Below are positions 28,141 to 37,537 of a stretch of 64,000 nucleotides of DNA, in pieces. Origin of the DNA: Bacillota bacterium (lineage in GTDB: Bacteria; Bacillota; UBA994; UBA5500); assembly GCA_023436245.1 (NCBI GenBank), contig JAEZJZ010000020.1, positions 29,433 through 93,432 on the forward strand, written 5' to 3'. The stretch's first letter is position 1; every line of letters begins with the position of its first letter. The notes beneath the pieces are model-generated. The model was not told where the DNA came from. It did not search any database and saw nothing but the letters and a program-made list of their open reading frames with translations. The position numbers were made by a program, and so were the translations under genes.

Positions 28141-28275
28141 TTAATCTTCTTCGCTCGGGAGTCGGCCAATCTTGCGCAGCATTTCCTTGATTTCTTCCAG
28201 TTGATTAAACTGCAACAACCAATGCACCGGGACAAGCAACATGAGTATTGCCCCAAAAACCACCAAGACGTCCAT
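28141..28275 (-). CDS. Small (44 aa) membrane protein, hypothetical
   Basis: Minus-strand GGGAGGAGGGTGTGT-ATG MDVLVVFGAILMLLVPVHWLLQFNQLEEIKEMLRKIGRLPSEED*. Very strong RBS, one TM helix. Not in the ORF table (<60 aa). Confidence 0.45.
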   Translation of the reverse strand: MDVLVVFGAILMLLVPVHWLLQFNQLEEIKEMLRKIGRLPSEED

Positions 28276-28601
28276 ACACACCCTCCTCCCACAGATACCC
28301 GTTTCACACCCATGACTGCAAAAGCACTAAGGCAGCTCACTTACCACTAACCTCCCGCTCAGGAACCTCTCGTGATGTTAAGACAACTGGGAAGGATTTG
28401 TGCAACAAGAAATATGAAAGGCCTCGTGCATACCCTACTCCTCGATAGAAACCATTGCCTTTGGCCATGGCTGGTGCTACATACCCCCATGGCGGACTTT
28501 CACCGCTGAGTTAAGGCCATACGTGGCGCGCGAACAGAAGACCCCACCGAGAATGCTCAGGCAGCCTCTGTGGGGTCTCTCTTGTGGCATCATCCGGTGG
28601 C

Positions 28602-29864
28602 TCAGCGGGAAGGAATGAGTATTAGTTCTTCCTGCGGCGGGATCAGGTACTCCGCCCCGTCTGCAGTGACCACAGCCATCTCTTCCACCGAGATGAGCTT
28701 CTCGCCCTGACCGTATGAACAAGTCTCCTCCCAGGAGAAGAAGCCGTCAAAGGCAAAGGTCTGTCCAGGGCGTAGCTTGCGCAGGGAGTCGTGTGGCGGC
28801 ACTTCGCGTTGCCCGCCGGTGAGGGCGGGGCCAATATCATGGGCCCAGTAGCCCACGGGGTGACCGGTACCCCACTTCACCGGGTGGGAGCCCGTCTTCC
28901 GCATCCATTCGCGCTGGGCCTGATCCACGTCAAGCCCGCGCGCCCCTGGCTTCATGGCGGCTAAGGCAATGCGGTGGCCCTGCCTGGCCAGGGCGAACTT
29001 ATGCAAGGCCTCGGATGGCGCTTCCTGCTGCCCTGGGGCCAGCACATAGGCAAAGCGCTGATAGTCTGTGCACCAGACTCCGAACACCTTGATGCCGAAG
29101 TCAGTCTGAATGAAGTCGCCGGGTTGAATAACCTTGTCCGTGGGGCCGGCGTGGCCGCGCGGAAACCCGGAGTTGACATTCGGGTTTTGGTCGGGCGCCC
29201 AGGCATCCTCCACCCCCAGCTCCGCCATCCTGGCTTTCAGGTAGCGGGCCACATCGGAGTCGCGCGTGACGCCCGGCACAACCTGCGCGTAGGCCTCTTG
29301 CTGCAACTGCACAGTCAAAGCCCCCGCCTGGCGCATGATCTCCACCTCTGCCGGCAGCTTCACGGACAGCCATTCCAGCACCAGGCTCTCCGAGGAAACC
29401 AGCCTCCCCCGCAACTCGTCGCTGAGCGCCTGCTCCAACTCGGTGCGCTGGCTCCAAGAAAGGCCGTCGGCAACATTACGGGCTGAACAGTTGACCGCAA
29501 TCTGCTGCGGGTTGGCCAGCGCCAACCGCCCAGCCAGCGTGCTCCAGATCTCACCGGGTTGTTCTAGGGCAACAACCTCATCGTGCAGGGCCAGATCGCG
29601 CAGCCCGACCGCCTCGCCCCAAGGGCTGATAGCGATCGACTTCACCCGCGTGCCCTGCACCAGGAACAAGAAGGCAGCGGTGCCGCCCGCGTTTTCGCCT
29701 CCGACATGCATCGCCAGCGGGTCATTGGCGTTCTCGCGGCAGATCACCACCCAGGCGTCCACGCCAGCCAGCTGCATCGCTTGGGGCAGCAACTGTTCTA
29801 TCCTGGCCTTGCGTATACCCGGCCAGGGGTTGTGTTTCGGGTCGAACGGCTTTAGGTTATCCAT
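28602..29864 (-). CDS. M24-family metallopeptidase (Xaa-Pro aminopeptidase / creatinase fold)
   Basis: Pita-bread-fold metal ligands (DFGIKVFGVWCTDYQRF...HPVGYWAHD...FSWEE). RBS GAGGAG. Confidence 0.65.
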   Translation of the reverse strand: MDNLKPFDPKHNPWPGIRKARIEQLLPQAMQLAGVDAWVVICRENANDPLAMHVGGENAGGTAAFLFLVQGTRVKSIAISPWGEAVGLRDLALHDEVVALEQPGEIWSTLAGRLALANPQQIAVNCSARNVADGLSWSQRTELEQALSDELRGRLVSSESLVLEWLSVKLPAEVEIMRQAGALTVQLQQEAYAQVVPGVTRDSDVARYLKARMAELGVEDAWAPDQNPNVNSGFPRGHAGPTDKVIQPGDFIQTDFGIKVFGVWCTDYQRFAYVLAPGQQEAPSEALHKFALARQGHRIALAAMKPGARGLDVDQAQREWMRKTGSHPVKWGTGHPVGYWAHDIGPALTGGQREVPPHDSLRKLRPGQTFAFDGFFSWEETCSYGQGEKLISVEEMAVVTADGAEYLIPPQEELILIPSR

Positions 29865-29892
29865 AGTTGCTCATCTCCTCTTCGCCAGTTAA

Positions 29893-30022
29893 GCAGCATG
29901 CGAGACTGTTCATTTTGCCCCTCGTAGCGGCTCGGCATGCCGAGCCGTATCCCGCAGCATGCTGCGGGGTCTACGGTAAGAAGAAAGCCACTTTCTGAAC
30001 GCTCTCGCATACCGAGCCTACG
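29893..30022. repeat. Repeat family A copy (GTAGCGGCTCGGCATGCCGAGCC...TCCCGCAGCATGCTGCGGGG...)
   Basis: Shares the GGCTCGGCATGCCGAGCC palindrome, the GCAGCATGCTGCGGGG palindrome and the flanking AAAGCCACTTTCTGAA with 750-950. Sits between the M20 and M24 peptidase genes. Confidence 0.7.
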
Positions 30023-31421
30023 AATTGGCCAACCCCACCATGGCCAGCACATAGATGCGAGCGCAGCGCATCAAGTTCCCCAAGCTAATATGCTCATCCT
30101 TCTGGTGAGCAAGCTCCGGTTCGCCCGGGAAGACCGGCCCAAAGGCCACCGCTTCCGGCATCATCTTGGCGTAGGTGCCGCCACCGATGGCAAAGGCGGT
30201 TGGCTCTTGCCCAGTCTCTTCCTGATAAACCTGCTGCAGCACCTTGACCACCGGACTATCCTTGGCCACGTGATGTGGCTTACCGGTGGAGATGACGGTG
30301 TAGGTGAAGCCCGCCGCCTCAACCACCTGCCTGGCCCCGGCATGCACCTGCTCGCCGACAAAGCTGACTGGGAAACGGGTGTTGATCGCCAACTCAGCCA
30401 CATCATTCTCCCAGCGCACGATACCCAAGTTGGCCGTCAACAAGCCGGAAATCTCGTCGCGTAAGCCGATACCCAACCCCTGCCCATTGTACTGGTTGCG
30501 CAGACGGTCACGCATGAACTGTACGAACTGCAGTTGATCCACCGGCAGCGGCAGCATTGCCAGGAAGGTAGCCAACTCCACGGCCGCATTCACGCCTTCT
30601 TCCGGCATGGCTCCGTGGGCCGAAACCCCCTTGGCGGTGATTACGATCCCCCGCTCTCCCGCCTCAAAGCTAACGCTGGCGCCGGGCAGAGCGCTGAATC
30701 CGGATAGCGCGGCCTGGATAGCTTCTTCCCCAACGCCCGCCACCACAGCGGTGGCCCGATCGGGAACGATGTTGGTCCGTTCGCCGCTCTGGAAGGAGAC
30801 CACCCGCGCCCCAGACGTCGGCGCAAAGCTCGCGCCAATCTTGAAGGTAGTGCTGCCTTTTTCCGCGTTGATGATCGGGAACATGGCATCCGGTGAGAAA
30901 CCTTGCCGCGGCTTCTCTTCCCGCTCGAAGTAGTAGGGCAGGTCCAGCCAGCCGCTCTCTTCATCCGTGCCGAAGATAAGACGAATGCGCTTGTCCAGCT
31001 TGATGCCGCTCTCCTTGATCGCCTTCAATCCATAGAGAGCCGCCACCGCTGGGCCCTTGTCATCCAGGGTGCCCCGGCCATAGAGCTCGCCGTCATGAAT
31101 CTCGCCCCCGAAGGCGGGATAGGTCCAATCGCTGCCGGCGGGCACCACATCCAGATGCACCAGCACACCGATCAAATCGTCCCCCTCGCCGACCTCGACG
31201 TGCCCGGCATAGCCATCAACATTCTTAGCCGTGAGGCCCAGAGCGCGCCCTGCCTCCACCATGAACTCCAGCGCCCTGGCCAACTCCGGTCCAAACGGCG
31301 CCCCCGGCTCCGCCTCCGTCTCCACCGACGGGATCTGAATCACCTGCTGTAAGGTCTTAATCATCTCATCCCCGTATCCATCGAGAATGCCCAACAATCG
31401 CTCTTTGTCCAATCGTTTCAT
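30018..31421 (-). CDS. M20-family dipeptidase (PepV / Sapep-like)
   Basis: HLDVVPAG...GRGTLDDKGPAVAALYGLKAI...GTDEESGW. Confidence 0.75.
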   Translation of the reverse strand: MKRLDKERLLGILDGYGDEMIKTLQQVIQIPSVETEAEPGAPFGPELARALEFMVEAGRALGLTAKNVDGYAGHVEVGEGDDLIGVLVHLDVVPAGSDWTYPAFGGEIHDGELYGRGTLDDKGPAVAALYGLKAIKESGIKLDKRIRLIFGTDEESGWLDLPYYFEREEKPRQGFSPDAMFPIINAEKGSTTFKIGASFAPTSGARVVSFQSGERTNIVPDRATAVVAGVGEEAIQAALSGFSALPGASVSFEAGERGIVITAKGVSAHGAMPEEGVNAAVELATFLAMLPLPVDQLQFVQFMRDRLRNQYNGQGLGIGLRDEISGLLTANLGIVRWENDVAELAINTRFPVSFVGEQVHAGARQVVEAAGFTYTVISTGKPHHVAKDSPVVKVLQQVYQEETGQEPTAFAIGGGTYAKMMPEAVAFGPVFPGEPELAHQKDEHISLGNLMRCARIYVLAMVGLANS

Positions 31422-31745
31422 CTCCTTGCCTAACCTCTGATGGATTGTTCTACAGCGGGGGCGGGATTACCTTGGTGGGAACTGCTCTTGCGACGGCTGG
31501 TCTACCAATTAGGGCAAGTTACTCAACCGCCTTACATGTTCGCCACGACGGCTGATCCCAGGAGAACAGAAAAGCAGCCCGCACGCGAGCTGCCCTGTAC
31601 ATTCTACGTCGATGCGTTGAGGATGCGCGAATAAAGCCTGATAAGTGGTTCCAAGGTACCGTTGTGAGCGACAGCTCCTGGCGGTCCGTAATCCCCAACT
31701 TGTTGGGGAAAATATCCTCTGGCTCAGAAAAGTACTCATCCATGA

Positions 31746-31991
31746 TTAGGACCTCGAGTACTTAGCCTTGTACTTCAGCACTAACTCGTCAGCCGAAGCC
31801 TTGCCTGAGAGAATCAATCTACCGTCCCTGAGCGCACTCTCTGGCACAACGAAGCCCTCCATACGGGAGTTGAACAAAGCCGACTTAATGGCATAGCTCT
31901 GGCGTTTTGACGAAACTGCGCGCATCATGAAACACCCCCACAAGCTGATTATGCCATATTCTGTGTCCCTTAACACTGGCGTAACTCGCAT
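31746..31991 (-). CDS. Hypothetical small protein downstream of jetD
   Basis: Open frame with alternative starts: ATG 31991 (after GAGGT) or ATG 31928 (after GGGGGTG). No recognised motif. Confidence 0.3.
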   Translation of the reverse strand: MRVTPVLRDTEYGIISLWGCFMMRAVSSKRQSYAIKSALFNSRMEGFVVPESALRDGRLILSGKASADELVLKYKAKYSRS

Positions 31992-32091
31992 GGCGACCTC
32001 ATAATCCTGACCCTGACACAGGCAGTGCATGACTCTCCTTCATATGGTCTGGACAAGGACGGGAAGACAATTCTATGAACTGGCCTTCGTC

Positions 32092-33417
32092 TCACCTCGT
32101 CTGCAAGTCCTGCAGCAGAAGGGGCAGCAGGCGCTCTTGGTAGCCAGCCCGGCGCTCTGTCTGCATGCGCTCGCAGAGCGGCAGTAGGTCGGGTGAAGTC
32201 ACCCGCTCCAGTTGCTTCAGCCGCTGTGCAGAGATAATCACGTCAGATAGCGACGCGGTATAGTCGTCGACGCCAAATCGCCAGGGCAGAAACTGCTGGT
32301 CGTAGCGATGGCGGAGCCGTTCTGCCATCAGCAGCCCTTCCGGGTCATGGTCACCGGAATAGTGGATGGTCATGCCAGCTGCGGCCAGCTTGTCCAGCAG
32401 CAAGTAGCTGGCCAGCTGGAACTGGCCATGGGTGCAGACCAGCGGAGGCACTGTGCCAGGCAGGCCGTCCAGGAGGTCGGAAAAGACACCTGGGTTCTCG
32501 ACCACGAACACCCGGTCAGACCACCCTGGTGCAGCGACCACGCGAGTGAGCTTGGCCAGTTCGCGCACGGGCACGTTCAGCACCGCACCCTCGGTCAACG
32601 CTGCCTGCCAGGAGCCCAGCGGACCCACCGCGTTCTCAGCCACCAGCCCGCAGCAGATCACGAAGTTCATCACATCATCGCGGACAATGCCGAAGGCGTC
32701 AAGAACCAGGTTCCGCTCTGCCGTATCCACTGCAGAGCCTACCTGCCTCTGCTCAGATTGCATCAGGAGGAAGCTGAGCGCCTGCTGCAAATAGCGACCT
32801 CGAGCGAGGCCCTGGTCAAAGGCATGAGGGTCTCCGGTGAGCTCTGCCGCCCAGACCGGCAACCTCTTCACGGTGCCAGCGTCGCTCGGGAGCTGGCTGA
32901 GCGCGAGCAACACGGCTTGCAGATCAGCCTGAAGCTGATGCGGATCGTCCTTGTAGGCGGCATGGATGCTGCGCACAGCTGCCGGATTGTCCTCCACCTG
33001 CTGCAGCCAATCGCGGCAGCGTGGATGCGGGAAGCGCTCCTTTAGCTCGGTGAAAAAGTGCGCCTTTGCCGCCGCAAAACTCTCACCTGCCGCGGCTCTC
33101 GACTGCATGGACTCGCCGGTAACGGCGCCGAACAGCTCCACCAAGTCCAGTCCGCCAAAACGCGTGCGGGCCACCGCTTGCTGGAACTCCGCCAGGCCGA
33201 TTATGGCCTCACTCCGACCGGAAAAGTCGCGCCCTAGCACTCCGGAGAGGGCAGCCCGCTCCGACTCGTTCAGGTCTTGCAGGCGGATGCTGCCGCCCAC
33301 CCGTCCCAGGCGGCGGTAGCGTTCGGCCATGGCCGGCATCAGCCGGGCAAAGCCAGGTCCGGAGAAGTAGTCTATTGCCTGTCGCCACAGGCGCTCATTC
33401 CCGGACAAGCGCCTCAC
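32092..33417 (-). CDS. jetD: Wadjet JetD-like protein (TIGR02679 / DUF2399-type, Toprim-containing)
   Basis: Fourth gene of a four-gene operon. C-terminal Toprim-like motifs VFVVENPGVF and YSGDHDPEGLLMAERL. GTG start 33417 overlaps the jetC end by 23 nt. Size 441 aa. Confidence 0.65.
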   Translation of the reverse strand: MRRLSGNERLWRQAIDYFSGPGFARLMPAMAERYRRLGRVGGSIRLQDLNESERAALSGVLGRDFSGRSEAIIGLAEFQQAVARTRFGGLDLVELFGAVTGESMQSRAAAGESFAAAKAHFFTELKERFPHPRCRDWLQQVEDNPAAVRSIHAAYKDDPHQLQADLQAVLLALSQLPSDAGTVKRLPVWAAELTGDPHAFDQGLARGRYLQQALSFLLMQSEQRQVGSAVDTAERNLVLDAFGIVRDDVMNFVICCGLVAENAVGPLGSWQAALTEGAVLNVPVRELAKLTRVVAAPGWSDRVFVVENPGVFSDLLDGLPGTVPPLVCTHGQFQLASYLLLDKLAAAGMTIHYSGDHDPEGLLMAERLRHRYDQQFLPWRFGVDDYTASLSDVIISAQRLKQLERVTSPDLLPLCERMQTERRAGYQERLLPLLLQDLQTR

Positions 33418-36400
33418 CCCCCGCCGTCAGCTGCAGCTGCCGCACCGTCCCATCCCAAAGATAAGGCACCACCGTGACGCACGGCGCGTTCTTCGGCCGC
33501 ACCAGTTCACTGATGGCCAAGCGACCTGCCGTATCATAGTCGCCCCACAGCCCCTGCGAGTTGATGATATAGCAGAGTTCCAGCTGTTGCATCAGTGCAA
33601 ACATGTCGCGAATGTTGGTTTCGTCCACGCCAGCGAAGGCTTCGTCCAGGGTGATCAGGCGAGGAGCACTGTCAGACGCGTCCTGGTAACGCGAGTAGGC
33701 AGCGGAGAAAAGCGGAATGTACATGGCCATCGCCTTTTCGCCGCCACTAAAGGTGAAGAAGACCCGATCAGTCAACTCGCGCCGCTGCTCGCCTTCCTTG
33801 CGGAAGTAGAGCTTGAAGTCGAACCAGAGCCGGTAATCCAGCATCCTTTGGATGACGATCTGCAAGGTTTCGCCCTGCTGGCGCTCGGCCAACTCGACTC
33901 TGGCCCGTTCAATCTGCGAGCGGAAGTGCGCAGCAATGCGCTCAGAGTCCGCCGGCTTGAGCAGGACAGGGTCCATCTGCAGCAACTCCACCAACTCCTT
34001 AGTGTCCAGCTCGTCCTCGTGTTCCGCTGTGCGGGGCTTCCAGGCCAAGGAGAAGGTCAGACCACTGGAGGTATCGCGTTCCTCCATCAGCCGGCTGATC
34101 TTCTGCACCCAGGCATCTGCCCGATTGATTCGCTGCCGAATCATCTCGCCCACGCTGTGCACGATGATCTCCTCATATAGCTCCCGGTCCTTGGCCGCGA
34201 GCAACTGTTGCTGCTCCAGGCGGTCGCGCTGCAGCGCCCCGAGCACCTGAAAGATGTCAGTCGTTCGCCCTTGATGCTCCAGCACCAGCGACAAGCGCTG
34301 ATTCTGCTCCCGCAACGTCTGCCACCAACTGAAGACTAGTTCATCCGTTGCTGCCTCCGCGGGCAGTTGCAGCTCGCGGGCCAGCGCGTTCAGGGTCGGT
34401 CGGTAATCGGTGAGCAAACCCTGTTCCTTATTGAAGGCTTCGTTCAGTCGGAAGAGGATGCGCCCGGCGTCGGTCTGCAGCAGTTGGCCCATCTCCTTGG
34501 TGATGAGCCGCGCCAGTTCCAGCGGGCTGGCGTCATCAGGCAGTCTGTACCTGTCCAGAGTAGGTTCAGCGCTGAAGATCTGCTGCCAGCCGGCCTGCAC
34601 TGCATGGGCCGCTCGCAAACGGCCCTTCACGACAGCCGAATCAGCGTTACCCCGCAGAGTCTCGCCCTCCAGCGTGGCAATCTGGGCGCTGACCTGCTCT
34701 CGTAGGTCGGGCAACGACCGCAGACGAGCCACGACTTGACTGATGCGTGCCCGAATCTCGGCGGCGCCCATCTCCAACAGCCGCCGCTCACTGGCCCGAA
34801 TCTCCTCAGCTATCTGCCGCTGGCGCGCCGCCAGCACATTCAGTTCACCCTGCAACTCGTCGACGTCGGCCCGCGCTGCCTGCAGGTCAAGCTGCAGGCG
34901 CTGCAGCAGTGCCTGCGTGTGCTGCCAGTCGCGATCCAGCAGTTGCAGCCGGTGCAGCTCGGATCGGTAGTTTCGCATCGCCTGAAGGGCCGCCGTCAGC
35001 CCAAGCTCGGTCGCTTCCAAGTTGAGCCCCAATAAGGCCCGCTGCAACTGATTGCGTGTCTGCAGGAAACGCTGTTCGGCCAAGAGCAGCGACTGGAGCA
35101 GCCGTGCTGCCTCACTCTGACGCACGCGCAGCTCTTCGGCCACCCGGCGCAGGCTATCCCAGTGTTGCTCCAAAGCGGTCAGGGCCGGGCGACGACGGTA
35201 TTCTTCCGCCGCCTGATCCTGACAAGTTAGGACGGCCCGCAACTCGGCGGCAACCCGTTCGCGCTCCGCCTGCAGGACAGCGAGCTCGGCGCCCAGTTGC
35301 TGCAGCATCTGCTCCCGATATCTCTGGCGGGCTTCACGGCCGATGAACCGGGACAGGCTGCGCGGCGGCGCCTGCCCGGTGAGCAGTGCAATCCGATAGC
35401 GTCCATCCATATCCAGAACGATCGCACCGGGATCGTTCTCTGGGCTGCTCCAGAGGATACTGCGCAGCACACTGTCAATCGCTGCGCCATCCACCTGTGC
35501 GCTGGGCACCGGCTGCAGGACATCTGCCAGTGTGTGGCTGAAGAACTGTGGATGAGGGATGATCACCTTGTCATAGCCATTGACGGCCGCCAGGTATTGC
35601 TCGGGCACAATCAGTGCATCCAGCAGCCCGGCCTCACAGATGGCCGCCTCCACCCGTTCCCGCTGCTCCGGGGTTACGTCATCGCGAAACTCCACTGCCG
35701 CGTAGAATGGCAGGTGCGGCACCTCGGCGGCGACCAGTGCCTGCCGGGCCGCCTCCGTTTCCGGATGACGCTCGGGCTCCGGCTCCACTCGTTCGCGCCA
35801 GCACCGAATCTCCTCACGCTTGGCGGCAATGCCCTGGTCCTGCTGCGCCATGCGCCCCTTGATCTCAGCCACCTCGGCAGTACTCTGCTCGCGATAGCGA
35901 CTCCATGCCTCGTCAATCGGCTCCAACACAGCACTCGGCAGGTGCGGCTCGTAGATGTCCATCACCCGCTGCGCCACCCGCAACTGTTCTTCGCGGGTAA
36001 GCTGCAGATGTGCGAGCCCCCCCCACCAACCGTCCAGACTCTGTAGGTAATCTTCCTTCAACTGATCCATGTCCGAAATCAGCTGCTTCTGCTCGCGCTC
36101 CTTGTCGTCATAGGCCCGGCTGGCTGTCGCATGAGCTTTCTCAGCCTCCGCCAGTTGCTCCTCTGCCCGGGCATGCTGGCGGACAGCGGTCAGCCCCACC
36201 TCCAGCTTCTCCAGGTGTTCCGCAGCCGCTTGCTCCCAGAGCACGAAGTCATGCTTGCCGCTGGCACGCTCTCGGCGCCAATGCTGCAGCGCATCGCGGT
36301 GCTCAGAAAAAGCGGCTTCTTCGGCTAAATCGCCCAGGTCCTCCGCCTTCTGCTCGAGCCGGCGTTCCAGGTCCTCTGCCCGCTCCTGCTGCTGCCGCAG

Positions 36401-37537
36401 TGAACGCTCGGTTTCGCGCTCCTTGCGTTGCTTCAGTTCAAGGCCCGACTGCTTCTTGCTCTGCTCTGCCTGTCGCTCGCGCAACTCCTGCTCCAATTGC
36501 TGGTGGCGGCGCTCGACGGCGAAGACGTCGTGTTCCTGCAGCTGTTGCTGTTCGCTCTCCAACGCCGACTGCTCTTCCCTCAGATCTTCCCGTGACTGCT
36601 GCAACTGCGTAAGCTGGGCCCGCTGGGACTGCAGCCGATCGCGCAGATCCTGCTCCTGCTGCTCGAAGCCGTGGCAGCGCTGATCAGCCTCCAGCAGGTG
36701 CTTGGCCAACAGCGCCAACTGCCAGCGGTTATAGGTGTCGTAGACACCGGACAGGCGCTCCATGGCCTGCTCGTCCCGCTGCAACTGCTCCAGCTGCTGT
36801 TTGATCTGATCCATGTTCTCAATGGTCTCAGAGAGCGGGCGCAGCTCATCTTCCGAAAGCGGCGGCAGGCTGGAGTTCAAGATTTCATAGATGACGGTGG
36901 GCTTGAAGTCACGCGAAAGCTTGGGGCTGCGCAGCTGAATCAGCAGCTTGATCAAGTCCTCGTAAGCACCCTGGTCCCTGAAGCCAAAGATATACCGATT
37001 CACCAGTTCGGCGTAATTATGCCTGGTTTCCGCTAGCGCGCCGCCGCCCTGCAGGCGGTTGCTCAACTCCTTGCGCGAAAGCGGCACAATCTCTGCGTTA
37101 CCGGTCTCCAGATTAGTCTCTAGCTTATGCAGTTGAAAGCTCTCCCCGATGCGGCGGTTGTCGGTGATCACGAAACCCCAGAACTCCAGCGAGGCATGGC
37201 GGCGCGCCCGCAGCCCGATGCCGCAGGTGAGGTAGCGCTCGCTCTGCTGCCGTTTGAACTCCAGCCAGAGGTAACCAGTGCGTTCCTCCTTGTCACAGAC
37301 CTCGCCCAGCAGATAATCGTCCATGCGCCGGGCGCGGGAGCCAAAGGGGTCGAGGCGATCGGGGCTGGTCTGGCCGTCCAAGAGCACAGGGATAAGGCTC
37401 TGCATGGTCACGGACTTGCCCGATCCATTGCTGCCCCGAAGCAACAGCTTGCCATCGGCAAAAGCAAACTCCTGTTGATCGTAATACCAAAAGTTCAGGA
37501 AGCCAGCCCGACAGGGCTGTAGACGATCTGTTGTCAT
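33395..37537 (-). CDS. jetC: Wadjet JetC-like SMC-family ATPase (TIGR02680-type)
   Basis: 1380 aa. N-terminus MTTDRLQPCRAGFLNFWYYDQQEFAFADGKLLLRGSNGSGKSVT (Walker A). About 1000 aa of Q/E/R/L-rich coiled coil. C-terminus FSGGEKAMAMYIPLFSAAYSRY (signature-like) and ITLDEAFAGVDETNI (Walker B). ATG 37537 is preceded by GGAGGGGTTGGAGGA and forms ATGA with the jetB stop. Confidence 0.75.
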   Translation of the reverse strand: MTTDRLQPCRAGFLNFWYYDQQEFAFADGKLLLRGSNGSGKSVTMQSLIPVLLDGQTSPDRLDPFGSRARRMDDYLLGEVCDKEERTGYLWLEFKRQQSERYLTCGIGLRARRHASLEFWGFVITDNRRIGESFQLHKLETNLETGNAEIVPLSRKELSNRLQGGGALAETRHNYAELVNRYIFGFRDQGAYEDLIKLLIQLRSPKLSRDFKPTVIYEILNSSLPPLSEDELRPLSETIENMDQIKQQLEQLQRDEQAMERLSGVYDTYNRWQLALLAKHLLEADQRCHGFEQQEQDLRDRLQSQRAQLTQLQQSREDLREEQSALESEQQQLQEHDVFAVERRHQQLEQELRERQAEQSKKQSGLELKQRKERETERSLRQQQERAEDLERRLEQKAEDLGDLAEEAAFSEHRDALQHWRRERASGKHDFVLWEQAAAEHLEKLEVGLTAVRQHARAEEQLAEAEKAHATASRAYDDKEREQKQLISDMDQLKEDYLQSLDGWWGGLAHLQLTREEQLRVAQRVMDIYEPHLPSAVLEPIDEAWSRYREQSTAEVAEIKGRMAQQDQGIAAKREEIRCWRERVEPEPERHPETEAARQALVAAEVPHLPFYAAVEFRDDVTPEQRERVEAAICEAGLLDALIVPEQYLAAVNGYDKVIIPHPQFFSHTLADVLQPVPSAQVDGAAIDSVLRSILWSSPENDPGAIVLDMDGRYRIALLTGQAPPRSLSRFIGREARQRYREQMLQQLGAELAVLQAERERVAAELRAVLTCQDQAAEEYRRRPALTALEQHWDSLRRVAEELRVRQSEAARLLQSLLLAEQRFLQTRNQLQRALLGLNLEATELGLTAALQAMRNYRSELHRLQLLDRDWQHTQALLQRLQLDLQAARADVDELQGELNVLAARQRQIAEEIRASERRLLEMGAAEIRARISQVVARLRSLPDLREQVSAQIATLEGETLRGNADSAVVKGRLRAAHAVQAGWQQIFSAEPTLDRYRLPDDASPLELARLITKEMGQLLQTDAGRILFRLNEAFNKEQGLLTDYRPTLNALARELQLPAEAATDELVFSWWQTLREQNQRLSLVLEHQGRTTDIFQVLGALQRDRLEQQQLLAAKDRELYEEIIVHSVGEMIRQRINRADAWVQKISRLMEERDTSSGLTFSLAWKPRTAEHEDELDTKELVELLQMDPVLLKPADSERIAAHFRSQIERARVELAERQQGETLQIVIQRMLDYRLWFDFKLYFRKEGEQRRELTDRVFFTFSGGEKAMAMYIPLFSAAYSRYQDASDSAPRLITLDEAFAGVDETNIRDMFALMQQLELCYIINSQGLWGDYDTAGRLAISELVRPKNAPCVTVVPYLWDGTVRQLQLTAGGEALVRE

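Noticed and set aside
31440-31500. CGGGGGCGGGATTACCTTGGTGGG as a partial copy of the tmRNA 3' end (island att site)
   Set aside because: Orientation and sequence do not align with the ssrA terminal GGATTCGAACCCCCCGCCTCCACCA beyond a few bases.
33339-33417. Alternative jetD start at ATG 33339 (MPAMAERY)
   Set aside because: It has no Shine-Dalgarno. The GTG at 33417 has a G-rich RBS and fits the coupled, overlapping architecture of the rest of the operon. Kept at 33417 with moderate confidence.
34367-37522. Multiple 100-250-aa ORFs on the + strand within 33.4-37.8 kb
   Set aside because: All lie antisense within the jetC coiled-coil coding region. They are low-complexity translations (poly-R/A/S).
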